A stretch of 64,000 nucleotides of DNA from Nocardioides sp. (GCF_036267815.1 NZ_DATAVI010000065.1:20383-84382), one strand, 5' to 3'; positions 19,017 through 28,812 are shown, counted from the stretch's first letter. The notes: generated by a model not told the origin, from the sequence alone. A program made the numbers and translations.

Positions 19017-20180
19017 TCACCCCAGCGGTGCCGTGACCTGCTCGTCACCGGCTTGTGAGTACGCCGTGACCGTCAGGTCGGTGCCGCCGCAGCGGGGTGG
19101 CGACAGGAAGGCGTTCCCGGTGGCCCTCGTGGCGAAAGCGACGCTGAGACTGGCGGCGCCGGGGTCCCAGCGCAGCAAGGTCGCAGGATCCGTGCGCGAC
19201 TGTGGGTCGCGGGTGAAGAACGCCGAGGCCGCGCAGGCGACCAGGGAGCCCGACGTGCCCGGGCCGAGGTCGTACCACCCGCCGGGGGTCTGGGCGTAGA
19301 AGTGCGCCGCGTCGATCCGGTGCTCGTTGGGGACCACCGACCAGATGCGGGTGCCGTCGAGCAGAGCGGAGTCCCAGCCCTTGCACGGGGTGACGCCGGC
19401 CAGCGGCCGCAGGCGTGCACCGTCGACGTCGTTCAGGACACGGCACGACGGGTGATGGTCGTCGAAGGTCATCATCGTGGTGCCGGCGTCGGTCACCACG
19501 GCGCCGCGGAACCCGTTCCTCGGTGCGGCGCACCAACCGGTGCTGCCGCTCCCGTCCGGGAGGTCGACCGTGGCCAGGCAGTAGCGGTGTCGGCTGCCGG
19601 ACGTCGCGTGCACGAGGGTGTGCGGTCCCAGCGCCCAGGTGCCGCCGACGACGGTCGGTGGTTCGGAGTCGGCATCCAGGATGGTGGTGTGCCCGGTCGC
19701 GAGGTCGACGACCGTGGCGCGGTCGGGGTCGTGGGCGAACCGGTCCTCGCTGACGACCAGCGCGTAGTCGTCGTCGAGGAGCGCGTCGGTGATCGAGGAG
19801 TGGTCTCCGGCGTTGATCGTCAGCGGGTGCGGGCCGGTCAGCCGCGCCGACGCGCCGCCGGGTAGGACGGTCAGCGTCGACCGGTCGCCGACGGTCACGA
19901 GGTCCTTGGTCGAGCCCGGGACGGGGCGCCACGACAGGATGGTCCGCGCCGGGGTGAGGACGACCGGATGCGAGGGGCTTCCGGTGGTCGGCGCGCCCGA
20001 CGGGCTGGTCGTGCTGGCGGGGCCGGTCGACCCTGACGTCGATCCTGACGACGTCTCTGACGCCGTCGTGGGCGGGGCCGAGTCGCCGGCTGTCGCCGTA
20101 TCCGAGGAGCCCGATCCGCACGAGGCGAGCAACGCTGCCGCCGCGACCGCCGCACCCCACCGCCACAGGGGGGCCGGCAT
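19017..20180 (-). CDS. Hypothetical lipoprotein with Ser/Thr linker and Cys-containing beta-rich domain
   Basis: Lipobox LASC; ATGA overlap with the upstream gene. Confidence 0.75.
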   Translation of the reverse strand: MPAPLWRWGAAVAAAALLASCGSGSSDTATAGDSAPPTTASETSSGSTSGSTGPASTTSPSGAPTTGSPSHPVVLTPARTILSWRPVPGSTKDLVTVGDRSTLTVLPGGASARLTGPHPLTINAGDHSSITDALLDDDYALVVSEDRFAHDPDRATVVDLATGHTTILDADSEPPTVVGGTWALGPHTLVHATSGSRHRYCLATVDLPDGSGSTGWCAAPRNGFRGAVVTDAGTTMMTFDDHHPSCRVLNDVDGARLRPLAGVTPCKGWDSALLDGTRIWSVVPNEHRIDAAHFYAQTPGGWYDLGPGTSGSLVACAASAFFTRDPQSRTDPATLLRWDPGAASLSVAFATRATGNAFLSPPRCGGTDLTVTAYSQAGDEQVTAPLG

Positions 20181-21406
20181 CAGACGCCGATGTCGTGCTG
20201 GAAGTGCGCCTCGTTCGCTCGGTACGACTGGTACGCCGCGCGCCACTGCACGCGGTCGATGAACGGTTCGTCGGGGTGGAAGCGCTGCTGGTTCCACGGC
20301 TCGAAGTACCCCAGCAGCGGCGTCTTGTCGGGACGCTTGCGGTAGCCGCGGCCGACCTGGAAGTGCCCGGAGCCGTCATGGTCGAGGTACGGGTAGAACC
20401 GCTGGAGCAGCACCGGGTGCAGCACCACCGGAGCGCGGTAGTCGACGACGTGTCGGGCGATCAGGAGCTTCCACTGGGCAAACGTCCAGTCGCCGATGTC
20501 GAGGGTGATGTACGGCCCGGCGTACGACGCTCGGTCGTAGCCCGTGTCCCGGTTGACGACGTCGACCATCGACGTGATCGAGGTGCCGTCGGTGGTCGTG
20601 CCGAGCCGACGTGCCCAGTGCTGCTGGGCCCGCCTCTTGTGGTGCCAGCCCCACGCGATCATCTGCATCGACGTCGGTCCGCACCAGTAGGTGCGGTGCT
20701 GCTGCGCGACCTCCTTCGGGTCCAGGACCGACGCGTGGCGCGGGTAGTCGCCCCAGTGCTTGACCTTGCTGCTCCCGCCGCCGCTCGAGCCGATGGTGGT
20801 GCGTGACTCTGCCAACCCGGCTCGGCGTACCTCCGGATGGCGGACGTAGAAGTCCTGCGGCAGCGGCAGTCCCTGGATCTGGTGCCGGAGCAGCCAGACC
20901 TTCGCGACCGACCGCGCAGCCTGCCTGAGCTCGGCGCGCTGGGCGGCGGCTCGTCGGGCCGGAGACATCCGTGCGTCCTGCCGCAGTGCGTCGTACGCCG
21001 AGAGGTCGCCGGTGCGCTCGGCGCTGGCGAGCTGCGGCTGTCGCAGCTGACGCATCGCCTGGGAGCGGACCTGGCTCTGGGTCCGGTCGGTCCAGCCGGT
21101 GCCGAGGCAGTAGCGCTGGCCCTCGAAGGTCGCGCAGCGCACCAGGTCGTCGACCAGCGCCCGGGGCGACGACCTCGCGGACAGCGCACGGCCGGCCGCG
21201 CGTCCGGCCACGACGATCTGGTCGATCGTGCGGCGGAACGCCGGGGTGACCCGGCCGTAGCCAGCGGTCAGCGGCAGCACCCGGGGCGCGGAGTGCGGGC
21301 TCGCCTCGCCCGCGGCGGCCGCGCTCGGCGCGCCCAGTGGGAGCAGCGCCAGAGGCAGCGCCACGAGCATGAGCAGAACGGATCCGGTCGTACGAGCGGG
21401 TGACAT
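20180..21406 (-). CDS. Secreted protein with C39-like (papain-fold) cysteine peptidase domain
   Basis: Signal peptide; QQHRTYWCGPTS (Gln/Cys), GHFQVGRGY (His), EPW. Confidence 0.7.
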   Translation of the reverse strand: MSPARTTGSVLLMLVALPLALLPLGAPSAAAAGEASPHSAPRVLPLTAGYGRVTPAFRRTIDQIVVAGRAAGRALSARSSPRALVDDLVRCATFEGQRYCLGTGWTDRTQSQVRSQAMRQLRQPQLASAERTGDLSAYDALRQDARMSPARRAAAQRAELRQAARSVAKVWLLRHQIQGLPLPQDFYVRHPEVRRAGLAESRTTIGSSGGGSSKVKHWGDYPRHASVLDPKEVAQQHRTYWCGPTSMQMIAWGWHHKRRAQQHWARRLGTTTDGTSITSMVDVVNRDTGYDRASYAGPYITLDIGDWTFAQWKLLIARHVVDYRAPVVLHPVLLQRFYPYLDHDGSGHFQVGRGYRKRPDKTPLLGYFEPWNQQRFHPDEPFIDRVQWRAAYQSYRANEAHFQHDIGV

Positions 21407-21523
21407 GGAAGAGGACCTCGAGACGGCAGACGTCACTTGCACACCACTGTCCCCAACCGCATCAGGATCGTCAAGGTCACGCCCGTGGACCGGCCGCGCG
21501 TCCGGACGGTGCTGAGCAGGCGG

Positions 21524-21991
21524 TCAGCCTGGCAGCTGCCTGGTCAGCGTGACCTCGTTCAGCACGTACCCGAGCCGGTCGTAGAAGGCGCGTGCTCCCG
21601 CGTTGCCGGCCCCGGTGCTGAGCCGCACGCGACCGAGGCCTCGTTCGACGGCCCAGCGCTCGGCCGAGGCGACCAGGCGGCGGGCCACCCCGTGCCGCTC
21701 GAACTCCTGCTCCACCACCAGCTCGCCGATCCACGCATCCTTCTCACCGCACCAGTGGTCCTCTTCCGAGACCGACACGAAGCCGACGACGACCCCGTCG
21801 ACGACGGCGACCCACCCGGCGTGTCCGTCCGAGCCCGCCCTGGTCACCGAGTCGTCCAGCCAGCCACGGACGGCTGCTTCGACCTGGGGGCCAGGTCTGG
21901 ACGGATCGACGCCGACGAGCAGTCGCGGCGCGAGGCGCCGGATGCTCTCGCGGTCGGTGAGCTCGACCGGCCTGATCCTGACGTCCATCAC
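21524..21991 (-). CDS. GNAT family acetyltransferase
   Basis: ERHGVARRLV acetyl-CoA loop; NAGARAFYDRLGY. Confidence 0.9.
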   Translation of the reverse strand: MMDVRIRPVELTDRESIRRLAPRLLVGVDPSRPGPQVEAAVRGWLDDSVTRAGSDGHAGWVAVVDGVVVGFVSVSEEDHWCGEKDAWIGELVVEQEFERHGVARRLVASAERWAVERGLGRVRLSTGAGNAGARAFYDRLGYVLNEVTLTRQLPG

Positions 21992-22060
21992 CGGAGCGTG
22001 CCACCGGCTCCGGCCTTGGAGAACGGCCCGACCCCACGAGCGCTCATCGGCCGAGGGCCA

Positions 22061-22345
22061 CTACAGCTGGAGGTGAAGGCGCAGTGCGTCGTCGATGTGC
22101 GCGATGACGTCGGCTGGCACTCGTCCTAGGACCGCGCCGAGCCGCTCGACTGCGATCGAACGGACCTGCTCGGCCTGGGCCTTTGCGGGCGCGTGCAGTC
22201 CGGTCGCGGCCGCGGGGAGCAGGGCCTGGAGTGGGAAGATCCGGTCGGTGTTGCTGGTGATCGGGACGACGGTGACCACTCCGCGTCCGAGTCGCGCCGC
22301 CGCCAGGTTCGCCCGGTCGTTGCTCGCCATCGTCGGGGTCCGGCC
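22061..22345 (-). pseudogene. mazF: N-terminally truncated MazF/PemK toxin
   Basis: SNDRAN...GVVTVVPITSN...KAQAEQVRSI...DDALRLHL; first ~25 residues not recognisable; no antitoxin upstream. Confidence 0.7.
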
Positions 22346-22454
22346 GGTAGTACTCCACGACCTCTGTCCACTCGCGCGCAGAGGCTGTGGGCACCGGTCA
22401 GCTTCGCAGGGCGCGTCGCGCAACCTTCACGAGACGCACAACGTCTCATCCCGC

Positions 22455-22994
22455 GTGAGACGTGTGACCCTGATGCTGGTCGCCTCGGCGCTCGCCTTGA
22501 GCGCCTGCCATCCCTCGGCGGACTCGACGGTGGCGACCGCACCTGGAGCGAGGTCCAGCATGAAGCCGGGACCGACCCCCACCATCAGGACGACGGCCCC
22601 CACGAAGGCGACGGCCACGCCGACATCTCCGACTCGGGCCCGAGTGCGCTACTGCGGGACGTGGTCGACGCCCACCAGTTCCACGGGGCGCGCCCTGGCC
22701 AGCCAGCACGGTGAGATCCGGAGTTGCCTCGGGGTCGACCAGAGGTGGCTCGTGTTCGAGCTGGGAGGCCCCCGCGCGCCCGGCGGCATTGACGAGTTCC
22801 GCTGCCTCGCCCCGGGATGCGCTCCCTCGAGCACCCACTTCCAGGCTCGGCGATGGAAGTACATCGCCCCGCCCGTCACGGGCGGAGTCACCCTCTTGGG
22901 ACCGGCCGGGCATGGCCAGTGGATCGTGGACAACGCAGGTGACCAACTGAGGTTCAACCCCAGGAGGGAGACGTTCTCATCCGGGTCAGGATGA
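22455..22994 (+). CDS. Hypothetical lipoprotein
   Basis: Lipobox LSAC, P/T linker, four Cys in the mature domain; start uncertain (22455 or 22464). Confidence 0.65.
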   Translation: MRRVTLMLVASALALSACHPSADSTVATAPGARSSMKPGPTPTIRTTAPTKATATPTSPTRARVRYCGTWSTPTSSTGRALASQHGEIRSCLGVDQRWLVFELGGPRAPGGIDEFRCLAPGCAPSSTHFQARRWKYIAPPVTGGVTLLGPAGHGQWIVDNAGDQLRFNPRRETFSSGSG

Positions 22995-23045
22995 GCGAGT
23001 GGCGCCCGGAGCTCCGGTGCCGCGCTCGGTCGTAGCCTTGCTCGG

Positions 23046-23339
23046 GTGACGGACTCGGTGCGTTGGTGGGACATGCGCCCGGCACAGGGCAGGCAGGCGA
23101 AGACGTACACCTGTCCGATCTGCCATGGCCTGTTGCTGGCGATGAACCCCAACACGCTGCTGTCTCCGGAGGGTGACCGTGAGCGTCGCCGTCACGCGCA
23201 CACCGAGTGCGTTGCCAGGCAGCGGGCGGCGGGCGGGTTGTTGACGAGGAGCGAGTGGGAACGGACTCGTCGACCGCCAGGAGCTCCCGAGCAGTCGTGG
23301 TGGCGCCGGCTCTTCGGCTCACGGACCGCAAGCGGGTGA
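23046..23339 (+). CDS. Small putative zinc-binding protein
   Basis: KTYTCPIC...RRHAHTEC (CxxC...HxHxxC). Confidence 0.65.
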   Translation: MTDSVRWWDMRPAQGRQAKTYTCPICHGLLLAMNPNTLLSPEGDRERRRHAHTECVARQRAAGGLLTRSEWERTRRPPGAPEQSWWRRLFGSRTASG

Positions 23340-23367
23340 AGGCATGGGCGCGAGCGCCGTCTGCGCG

Positions 23368-23967
23368 TCAGTGGGCCCAGCGATGCATGCTGGGGGCCGT
23401 GCCGACCAGGCACGTGACCGGCCTCGGGAAGCCGGCCAGCGCATAGGCGGTGAGCCGGAGATGACCCTCCAGACAGACCAGGAGGCGGTAGCCGACACCG
23501 ACCAGGATCAGTGGTGGGAGGGTGCGGCCATCGGCCACCAGCATGGCGGCGTGCTCGAAGCGTTCGTTGGGCACGTCGTACGCCCGGACGCCGGCTCGAA
23601 TCCTGGTCGCCGCATCCATCGGAAGCCGGCTTCCTCCGGAGAGCTCGTTCCAGTAGGGGTAGTCCATGTAGCGAACCCCGGCCAGCTCCTCCGAAGTCAG
23701 CACCGCCCGGACCCAGGTGACGACGCTGGGAAACGACTCGTCGAACAGCTCGACGCCCCGGCCGTATCCCCGGGTGTCGCCGAGGAGGTCGCGGCGCGCA
23801 GCGTTCGCGTCGGCGTCCTCGAGGTCGGGCTCGACCACGAGCTGCTCCGGCAGACCGGCCGCTCGGAGGGCGTCGTGCAGCCGGGCGCCGAAGCGAGGGC
23901 TGACGAGCTCACCACGAAGAAAGCACGCCACCATCTCGTCGTCACTGGACGGGCCGGCCACCTGCAT
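23368..23967 (-). CDS. Conserved hypothetical protein (possible ParB/Srx-like fold)
   Basis: Coding-like composition; LEGHLRLTA resembles the ParB-N DGHxR motif. Confidence 0.6.
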   Translation of the reverse strand: MQVAGPSSDDEMVACFLRGELVSPRFGARLHDALRAAGLPEQLVVEPDLEDADANAARRDLLGDTRGYGRGVELFDESFPSVVTWVRAVLTSEELAGVRYMDYPYWNELSGGSRLPMDAATRIRAGVRAYDVPNERFEHAAMLVADGRTLPPLILVGVGYRLLVCLEGHLRLTAYALAGFPRPVTCLVGTAPSMHRWAH

Positions 23968-24132
23968 GGCCTCCAGTAAAGCCGCCCGGGTCGAGCCGCG
24001 AAGTCGACAGGTCCGAGCCCGAAGCCGGCTATGCGGGGAACGACCGCATCGCTTCTGGACCTCGTGCGCTGTCTGCCAACCGGGGCCAGGTCGTCGACCA
24101 GGTCGTCGACCAGGTGGTCGAGACGTGCCGAC

Positions 24133-24564
24133 CTAGACGGTCGGCCGCCCCCGCTCCTGGGCGGTGTCGAGTCTTGCCACCAGAATGTCGACACGGCTCT
24201 TGATCGCGTCGCGCACGCCGCGCACCAGCTCGATCGGCAGGTCAGCCGGGTCGTCCAGCTCCCAGTCCTCGTAGCTCCTGCCGGGATAGAAGGGGCACTC
24301 GTCACCGCAGCCCATCGTGACGACGACGTCGGCTACCAGAACGGCGGAGTCCGTGAGCAGCTTCGGCTGTGCGGCACGGATGTCTATTCCGTCCTCGGCC
24401 ATCACCTCGACAGCGAGGTGGTTGATCTCGCGGGCCGGCTGCGACCCTGCCGAGAGAACGTCGACACGGTCTCCTGCGACATGCCGTAGGTAGCCGGCGG
24501 CCATCTGGGAGCGTCCGGCATTGTGAACGCAGGCGAAGAGCACGGTCGGTCGCTCGCCCATCAT
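24133..24564 (-). CDS. arsC: Arsenate reductase (LMW-PTP fold)
   Basis: CVHNAGRSQMA P-loop; MGCGDECP; DWELDDP. Confidence 0.9.
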   Translation of the reverse strand: MMGERPTVLFACVHNAGRSQMAAGYLRHVAGDRVDVLSAGSQPAREINHLAVEVMAEDGIDIRAAQPKLLTDSAVLVADVVVTMGCGDECPFYPGRSYEDWELDDPADLPIELVRGVRDAIKSRVDILVARLDTAQERGRPTV

Positions 24565-25238
24565 GGTGCTCCTTCTGTCACTTGGTATCCGGGGTACACG
24601 AGAAGCACCAGGCCCAGACCGGCGCCGCCTCCGATGAGCTGCATGAGAACGAAGGCAGGTGCCGACGCTGGGGCGATTCCCGCGAAGGTGTCCGTCAGGA
24701 CGCGCGCCACGGTCACGGCCGGGTTGGCGAAGCTCGTCGAGCTGGTGAACCAGTAGGCAGCCGCGATGTACCCACCCACGGCGAAGGCGACGGTCTCCGT
24801 TCGCCCCGCTCGGATGCTGCCGAAGACGATCATCACGAGACCTGCCGTCGCAACCGCCTCTGCGAGAAGGCTGCCGTGGTCGGCTCGGTGGTGGACGGAC
24901 ACGGAGACCGCGTGGAGGTCGAACATGAGGTTGGCCAGTACGGCGCCGACGATGCCGCCGACCACCTGCCCCGCCATCGACCACAGCATCTCGCGAGTCG
25001 TGACGAGGCTGAGCAACCGCTCGACCAGCGTGACCACCGGGTTGAAGCTGGCCGACACCGGCCGCAGGGCGAGGATCAGCGACATGAGCGCAGCCCCGGT
25101 CACCACGCTGTTCTCGAGAAGCTGGAGGCCAACATCTCGAGGGGAGAGCCGCTGCGCCGCGATGCCGGAGCCGATGACAGCCATCACGAGGAACGCCGTG
25201 CCCATCGCCTCTGCGATCGTTCGACGAGCAAGACTCAC
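24561..25238 (-). CDS. MIP/aquaglyceroporin channel in the ars operon
   Basis: NPV and NPA boxes, six hydrophobic segments; GTG start overlaps the arsR stop. Confidence 0.85.
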   Translation of the reverse strand: MSLARRTIAEAMGTAFLVMAVIGSGIAAQRLSPRDVGLQLLENSVVTGAALMSLILALRPVSASFNPVVTLVERLLSLVTTREMLWSMAGQVVGGIVGAVLANLMFDLHAVSVSVHHRADHGSLLAEAVATAGLVMIVFGSIRAGRTETVAFAVGGYIAAAYWFTSSTSFANPAVTVARVLTDTFAGIAPASAPAFVLMQLIGGGAGLGLVLLVYPGYQVTEGAP

Positions 25239-25594
25239 GTCGCTACGCCACCGATGAGCGCCCCAAGATCTGCGAGTGGCCCTGGCTCGACGCGGTAGTA
25301 GACCCACACCCCGCGCTTGCTCCTCCCCAGGAGCCCGCACTCGTGCAGCACCTTGAGGTGATGGCTGATCGTCGGCTGCGACAGATCGAAGGCGTCGTTG
25401 AGATCGCAGACACACGCCTCGCCACCGACGTGTGAGGCCACCAGCGAGAGCAGTCTGAGTCGAACCGGGTCGGCGAGTGCCTTCAGCAAGGGTGCGATCC
25501 TCTCGGCGGCCGCGGCCGGGAGGGGCTGCCTGCCCAGGGGTGCGCAGCACGCCACCGTCTCGACGGGGGTGAGCTCGACCAGAGACTTCGACAT
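25235..25594 (-). CDS. arsR: ArsR family repressor
   Basis: ALADPVRLRLL, CVCDL, SQPTISHHL; N-terminal CC pair. Confidence 0.9.
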   Translation of the reverse strand: MSKSLVELTPVETVACCAPLGRQPLPAAAAERIAPLLKALADPVRLRLLSLVASHVGGEACVCDLNDAFDLSQPTISHHLKVLHECGLLGRSKRGVWVYYRVEPGPLADLGALIGGVAT

Positions 25595-25602
25595 GCATCG
25601 AT

Positions 25603-25654
25603 ATTGACATCCGTCGATGTGTGGGTCAAGGTGAACGCATAGACGCATGTCTAT
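25603..25654. promoter_or_regulatory. Two ArsR-type operator palindromes in the divergent promoter
   Basis: ATTGAC-atcc-GTCGAT (25603-25618) and ATAGAC-gcat-GTCTAT (25639-25654). Confidence 0.65.
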
Positions 25655-25668
25655 CTCTAGGAGGCTCC

Positions 25669-26115
25669 ATGTCCCGGCTCCAGCTCGCCCTCAACGTCGA
25701 CGACCTCGACGAGTCCGTGGCGTTCTACTCCCGGCTGTTTGCCACCGAGCCCGCCAAGCTCCGCGCCGGCTACGCGAACTTCGCCGTCGCCGAACCCCCG
25801 TTGAAGCTGGTCCTGATCCAGAACCCGGGCAAGGGCGGCTCTCTCAACCATCTGGGCGTCGAGGTGGCAGACACCGACGCCGTCGATGCCGAGCAGGCCA
25901 GGCTCGCCGAGGCCGGCTTCGCCTCCGTCGACGAGCGCGACACAACCTGCTGCTACGCCAAGCAGGACAAGTTCTGGGTGTCAGGAGCTCCGAACGGGGA
26001 GGCCTGGGAGATCTACACCGTCCTGGCGGACAGCCTCACGCCCAACGGTGAGGCGGACGGACAAGAGTGCTGCACGACCGCCCTGGTCCAGCCCACCTCG
26101 GCGCAGGAGCCGTGA
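25669..26115 (+). CDS. arsI: ArsI/CadI family VOC protein (C-As lyase-like)
   Basis: MSRLQLALNV, NHLGVEV, TTCCYAKQDKFW; RBS AGGAGG. Confidence 0.85.
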   Translation: MSRLQLALNVDDLDESVAFYSRLFATEPAKLRAGYANFAVAEPPLKLVLIQNPGKGGSLNHLGVEVADTDAVDAEQARLAEAGFASVDERDTTCCYAKQDKFWVSGAPNGEAWEIYTVLADSLTPNGEADGQECCTTALVQPTSAQEP

Positions 26116-26151
26116 GAGCGCACCGGACAGCGGCGGCTGCGTGCGACTCAG

Positions 26152-26531
26152 TCAAGTCGACTGCACTACCTGGATGGGGTGCCCGTCAGGGTCTTCGGCC
26201 CACGCGATCAGGAGCCGGTCAAGCCACAGCTCGGGCTCCTTCACCGGCACGGTCCCGGGCTCTTGGATACGTGAGTACGCCGCGGGTGTGTCATCTGTCC
26301 ACCAGACGACGGCCGCGCGCTGGCCGCTTGCCACCGGGTCAAGGCCGTGATCGCGCCGCCTGGGGGCTCCCCTGACCAGACCGATCGGTATCCGTCAAGC
26401 ATCAGGTCGACGTGAGTCGGGGAGCCCTCCGCGGGAGTCCGGAAGACCTCCGTGAACCGGAGCTGTCGGTAGAAGCTCGATGTCCGGCCCAGGTCCTTGC
26501 ACAGCAGGCCGACCTGAGGCGTCTCGACCAC
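26152..26531 (-). pseudogene. Frameshifted glyoxalase/VOC family gene
   Basis: N-half (PQVGLL...FTEVFRTP...LDGY) and C-half (IGL...DHGLDP...WAEDPDGHPIQVV) are in different frames; one base appears missing near 26385. Confidence 0.7.
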
Positions 26532-26604
26532 GCCGCCAGGCTGGCAGACGCCGTTCGCCGCGCTCCCCGGCCGGCACCTGGCCGCCACGGCAGCATCCGG
26601 CTTG

Positions 26605-26680
26605 TGGAGCGGATGACGAGACTCGAACTCGCGACATCGACCTTGGGAAGGTCGCGCTCTACCAACTGAGCTACATCCGC
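26605..26680 (-). tRNA. tRNA-Gly(CCC)
   Basis: GCGGATG acceptor stem, anticodon loop TTCCCAA, GTTCGAG T-loop, encoded CCA; 76 nt. Confidence 0.97.
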
Positions 26681-26729
26681 AGTGCCGGCTGGCCGGCGTG
26701 CAGGATCGTACCCGACCACGCGCAGGGGG

Positions 26730-27500
26730 TCAGATCGGCTCCAGCGTCGGTCGTTTGGCCGTCGCGCCGTCTCCCGACGACTTCCCGGTGAGGCGCCGCT
26801 TGACCCACGGCGCGGCGTGGTGGACCACCCAGTCGAGGTCGGCGCGCTTGCCCGCGCGCAGGGGCGTCTCGCCGAGGGAGCCGGTGGGGTCGGAGAGGTC
26901 GAGGCCGTGGGTCACGCCGAGGGTGTTCAGGACCTCGATCGAGACGGCGCGATGGCCCAGCGGGCCGAGGTGGAGCCGGTCCTCGGACCACATCAGCTCG
27001 GGGTGCTCGGGTCGCATCCGCCAGGAGTCGAGGACGACGGCGCCGTGCCGGTCGGCGATCTCGCGGACGCGCTCGTTGTAGACGGCGAAGCGGCCACGCA
27101 GCCTCGCGAAGGGTCCGCCTCCGCCGGGGTCGAACGCCGTGAAGACGCCTACCGTCGCTCCGGTCGCCGCGAGCTTGCCGATCGCCTCGTCGTACGGCTC
27201 GGCGAGGCCGTCGACGTCGCACCGCGGCCGGATCAGGTCGTTGCCGCCGGCGTAGACGGTGATGAGGTCGGGTGCCAGCGCGACCGCGGGCTCGATCTGC
27301 TCGGCCAAGATCGGTCGCAGGGTGCGACCACGGACGGCGAGGTTGGCGTAGCCGAAGTCGTCGGCGCGGGCGGCCAGCACCTCGGCGACGCGATCGGCCC
27401 AGCCGCGGACGCCGTTGGGCCGGCTCGCGTCGCGGTCGCCGACGCCCTCGGTGAAGGAGTCCCCGATCGCGACGTACCGATGGAAGACGGGAGGAGTCAC
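26730..27500 (-). CDS. SGNH/GDSL hydrolase
   Basis: GDSFTEG, GGND, DRLH. Confidence 0.9.
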   Translation of the reverse strand: MTPPVFHRYVAIGDSFTEGVGDRDASRPNGVRGWADRVAEVLAARADDFGYANLAVRGRTLRPILAEQIEPAVALAPDLITVYAGGNDLIRPRCDVDGLAEPYDEAIGKLAATGATVGVFTAFDPGGGGPFARLRGRFAVYNERVREIADRHGAVVLDSWRMRPEHPELMWSEDRLHLGPLGHRAVSIEVLNTLGVTHGLDLSDPTGSLGETPLRAGKRADLDWVVHHAAPWVKRRLTGKSSGDGATAKRPTLEPI

Positions 27501-27553
27501 GGCGGCATGGTGCCAGATGGATCGGTGGTCGTGGAGCCCGGTAGCGTTCCGGT

Positions 27554-28129
27554 GTGCTGCTGAGCGACCGAGACATCCTGGCCGAGATCGACCTGGGCCG
27601 GATCCAGATGGAGCCCTGGGAGCCGGAGATGATGCAGCCGTCGTCGATCGACGTGCGGCTGGACCGGTTCTTCCGGGTGTTCGAGAACCATCGCTATCCC
27701 CACATCGACCCGGCCGCCGACCAGTCCGACCTGACCCGCGTGGTCGAGCCCGACGGGGACGAGCCGTTCATCCTGCACCCGGGTGAGTTCGTGCTGGGGT
27801 CGACCTACGAGGTCTGCACGCTTGCCGACGACATCGCGGCGCGCGTCGAGGGCAAGTCGTCGCTGGGCCGCCTCGGACTGCTCACCCACGCCACGGCCGG
27901 CTTCGTCGACCCCGGCTTCTCCGGCCACGTGACGCTGGAGCTGGCCAACGTCGCGACCCTGCCGATCAAGCTCTACCCCGGGATGAAGATCGGGCAGTTC
28001 TGCTTCTTCAAGCTCTCCTCGCCGTCCGAGCATCCCTACGGCTCGGCGAAGTACGGGTCGCGCTACCAGGGCCAGCGCGGGCCGACCCCGTCGCGGTCGT
28101 TCCAGAACTTCCACCGGACCTCGATCTGA
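27554..28129 (+). CDS. dcd: dCTP deaminase
   Basis: [29 protein letters not shown]. Confidence 0.95.
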   Translation: MLLSDRDILAEIDLGRIQMEPWEPEMMQPSSIDVRLDRFFRVFENHRYPHIDPAADQSDLTRVVEPDGDEPFILHPGEFVLGSTYEVCTLADDIAARVEGKSSLGRLGLLTHATAGFVDPGFSGHVTLELANVATLPIKLYPGMKIGQFCFFKLSSPSEHPYGSAKYGSRYQGQRGPTPSRSFQNFHRTSI

Positions 28130-28812
28130 TGGCCGACCTGGGCGCCGCCCTCCAGGGCATCACGGTCGCGGTCCTCGGTGGCACCGGACCGCAGGGCCGA
28201 GGGCTGGGACGCCGTTGGGCGGCCGCCGGCATCCCACTCGTGATCGGCAGCCGGGACGCCGCGCGGGCGGCCGAGGCAGCCGAGGAGCTGGCGGGCGCAA
28301 CGGGCGGGGACGTCCGCGGACTCGCCAACGCCGACGCAGCCGCGGCCGCAGACGTCGCCCTGGTCGCGGTGCCCTACGACGGGCATGCCGATCTGCTGCG
28401 GTCGCTGGCCGAGCCGCTCGCGGGCAAGGTCGTCGTCGACTGCGTCAACCCGCTCGGCTTCGACAAGCAAGGCGCCTACCCGCTGGCCGTGGCCGACGGC
28501 TCGGCCGCCCAGGAGGCCGCCGCCCTGCTGCCGCGCTCGGTCGTGGTCGCGGCGTTCCACCACGTCAGTGCCCAGCTGCTCAACGACCCCGAGACGGTCT
28601 CCGTCGACACCGACGTGATGGTGCTCGGCGAGGGTGAGCATCGCGAGGCCACCGATCTGGTGATGGCACTGGCCGACGCGATCCCGGGCATGCGGGGCAT
28701 CTACGCCGGCCGGCTGCGCAACGCCGCTCAGGTCGAGGCCCTGACGGCGAACCTGATCGCGGTCAACCGGCGGTACCAGGCCCACGCCGGGGTGCGGGTC
28801 ACCGGCGTCTGA
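28129..28812 (+). CDS. npdG: F420-dependent NADP oxidoreductase
   Basis: GGTGPQGRG, DCVNP, AAFHHVSA, EALTANLIAVN. Confidence 0.9.
   Translation: MADLGAALQGITVAVLGGTGPQGRGLGRRWAAAGIPLVIGSRDAARAAEAAEELAGATGGDVRGLANADAAAAADVALVAVPYDGHADLLRSLAEPLAGKVVVDCVNPLGFDKQGAYPLAVADGSAAQEAAALLPRSVVVAAFHHVSAQLLNDPETVSVDTDVMVLGEGEHREATDLVMALADAIPGMRGIYAGRLRNAAQVEALTANLIAVNRRYQAHAGVRVTGV

Noticed and set aside
24087-24122. 12-bp tandem repeat CAGGTCGTCGAC x3
   Set aside because: Short intergenic slippage repeat with no supportable ORF or function
21400-26604. attL/attR duplication of the tRNA-Gly 3' end
   Set aside because: No second copy of TGGAGCGGATGACGA found by eye, and no integrase
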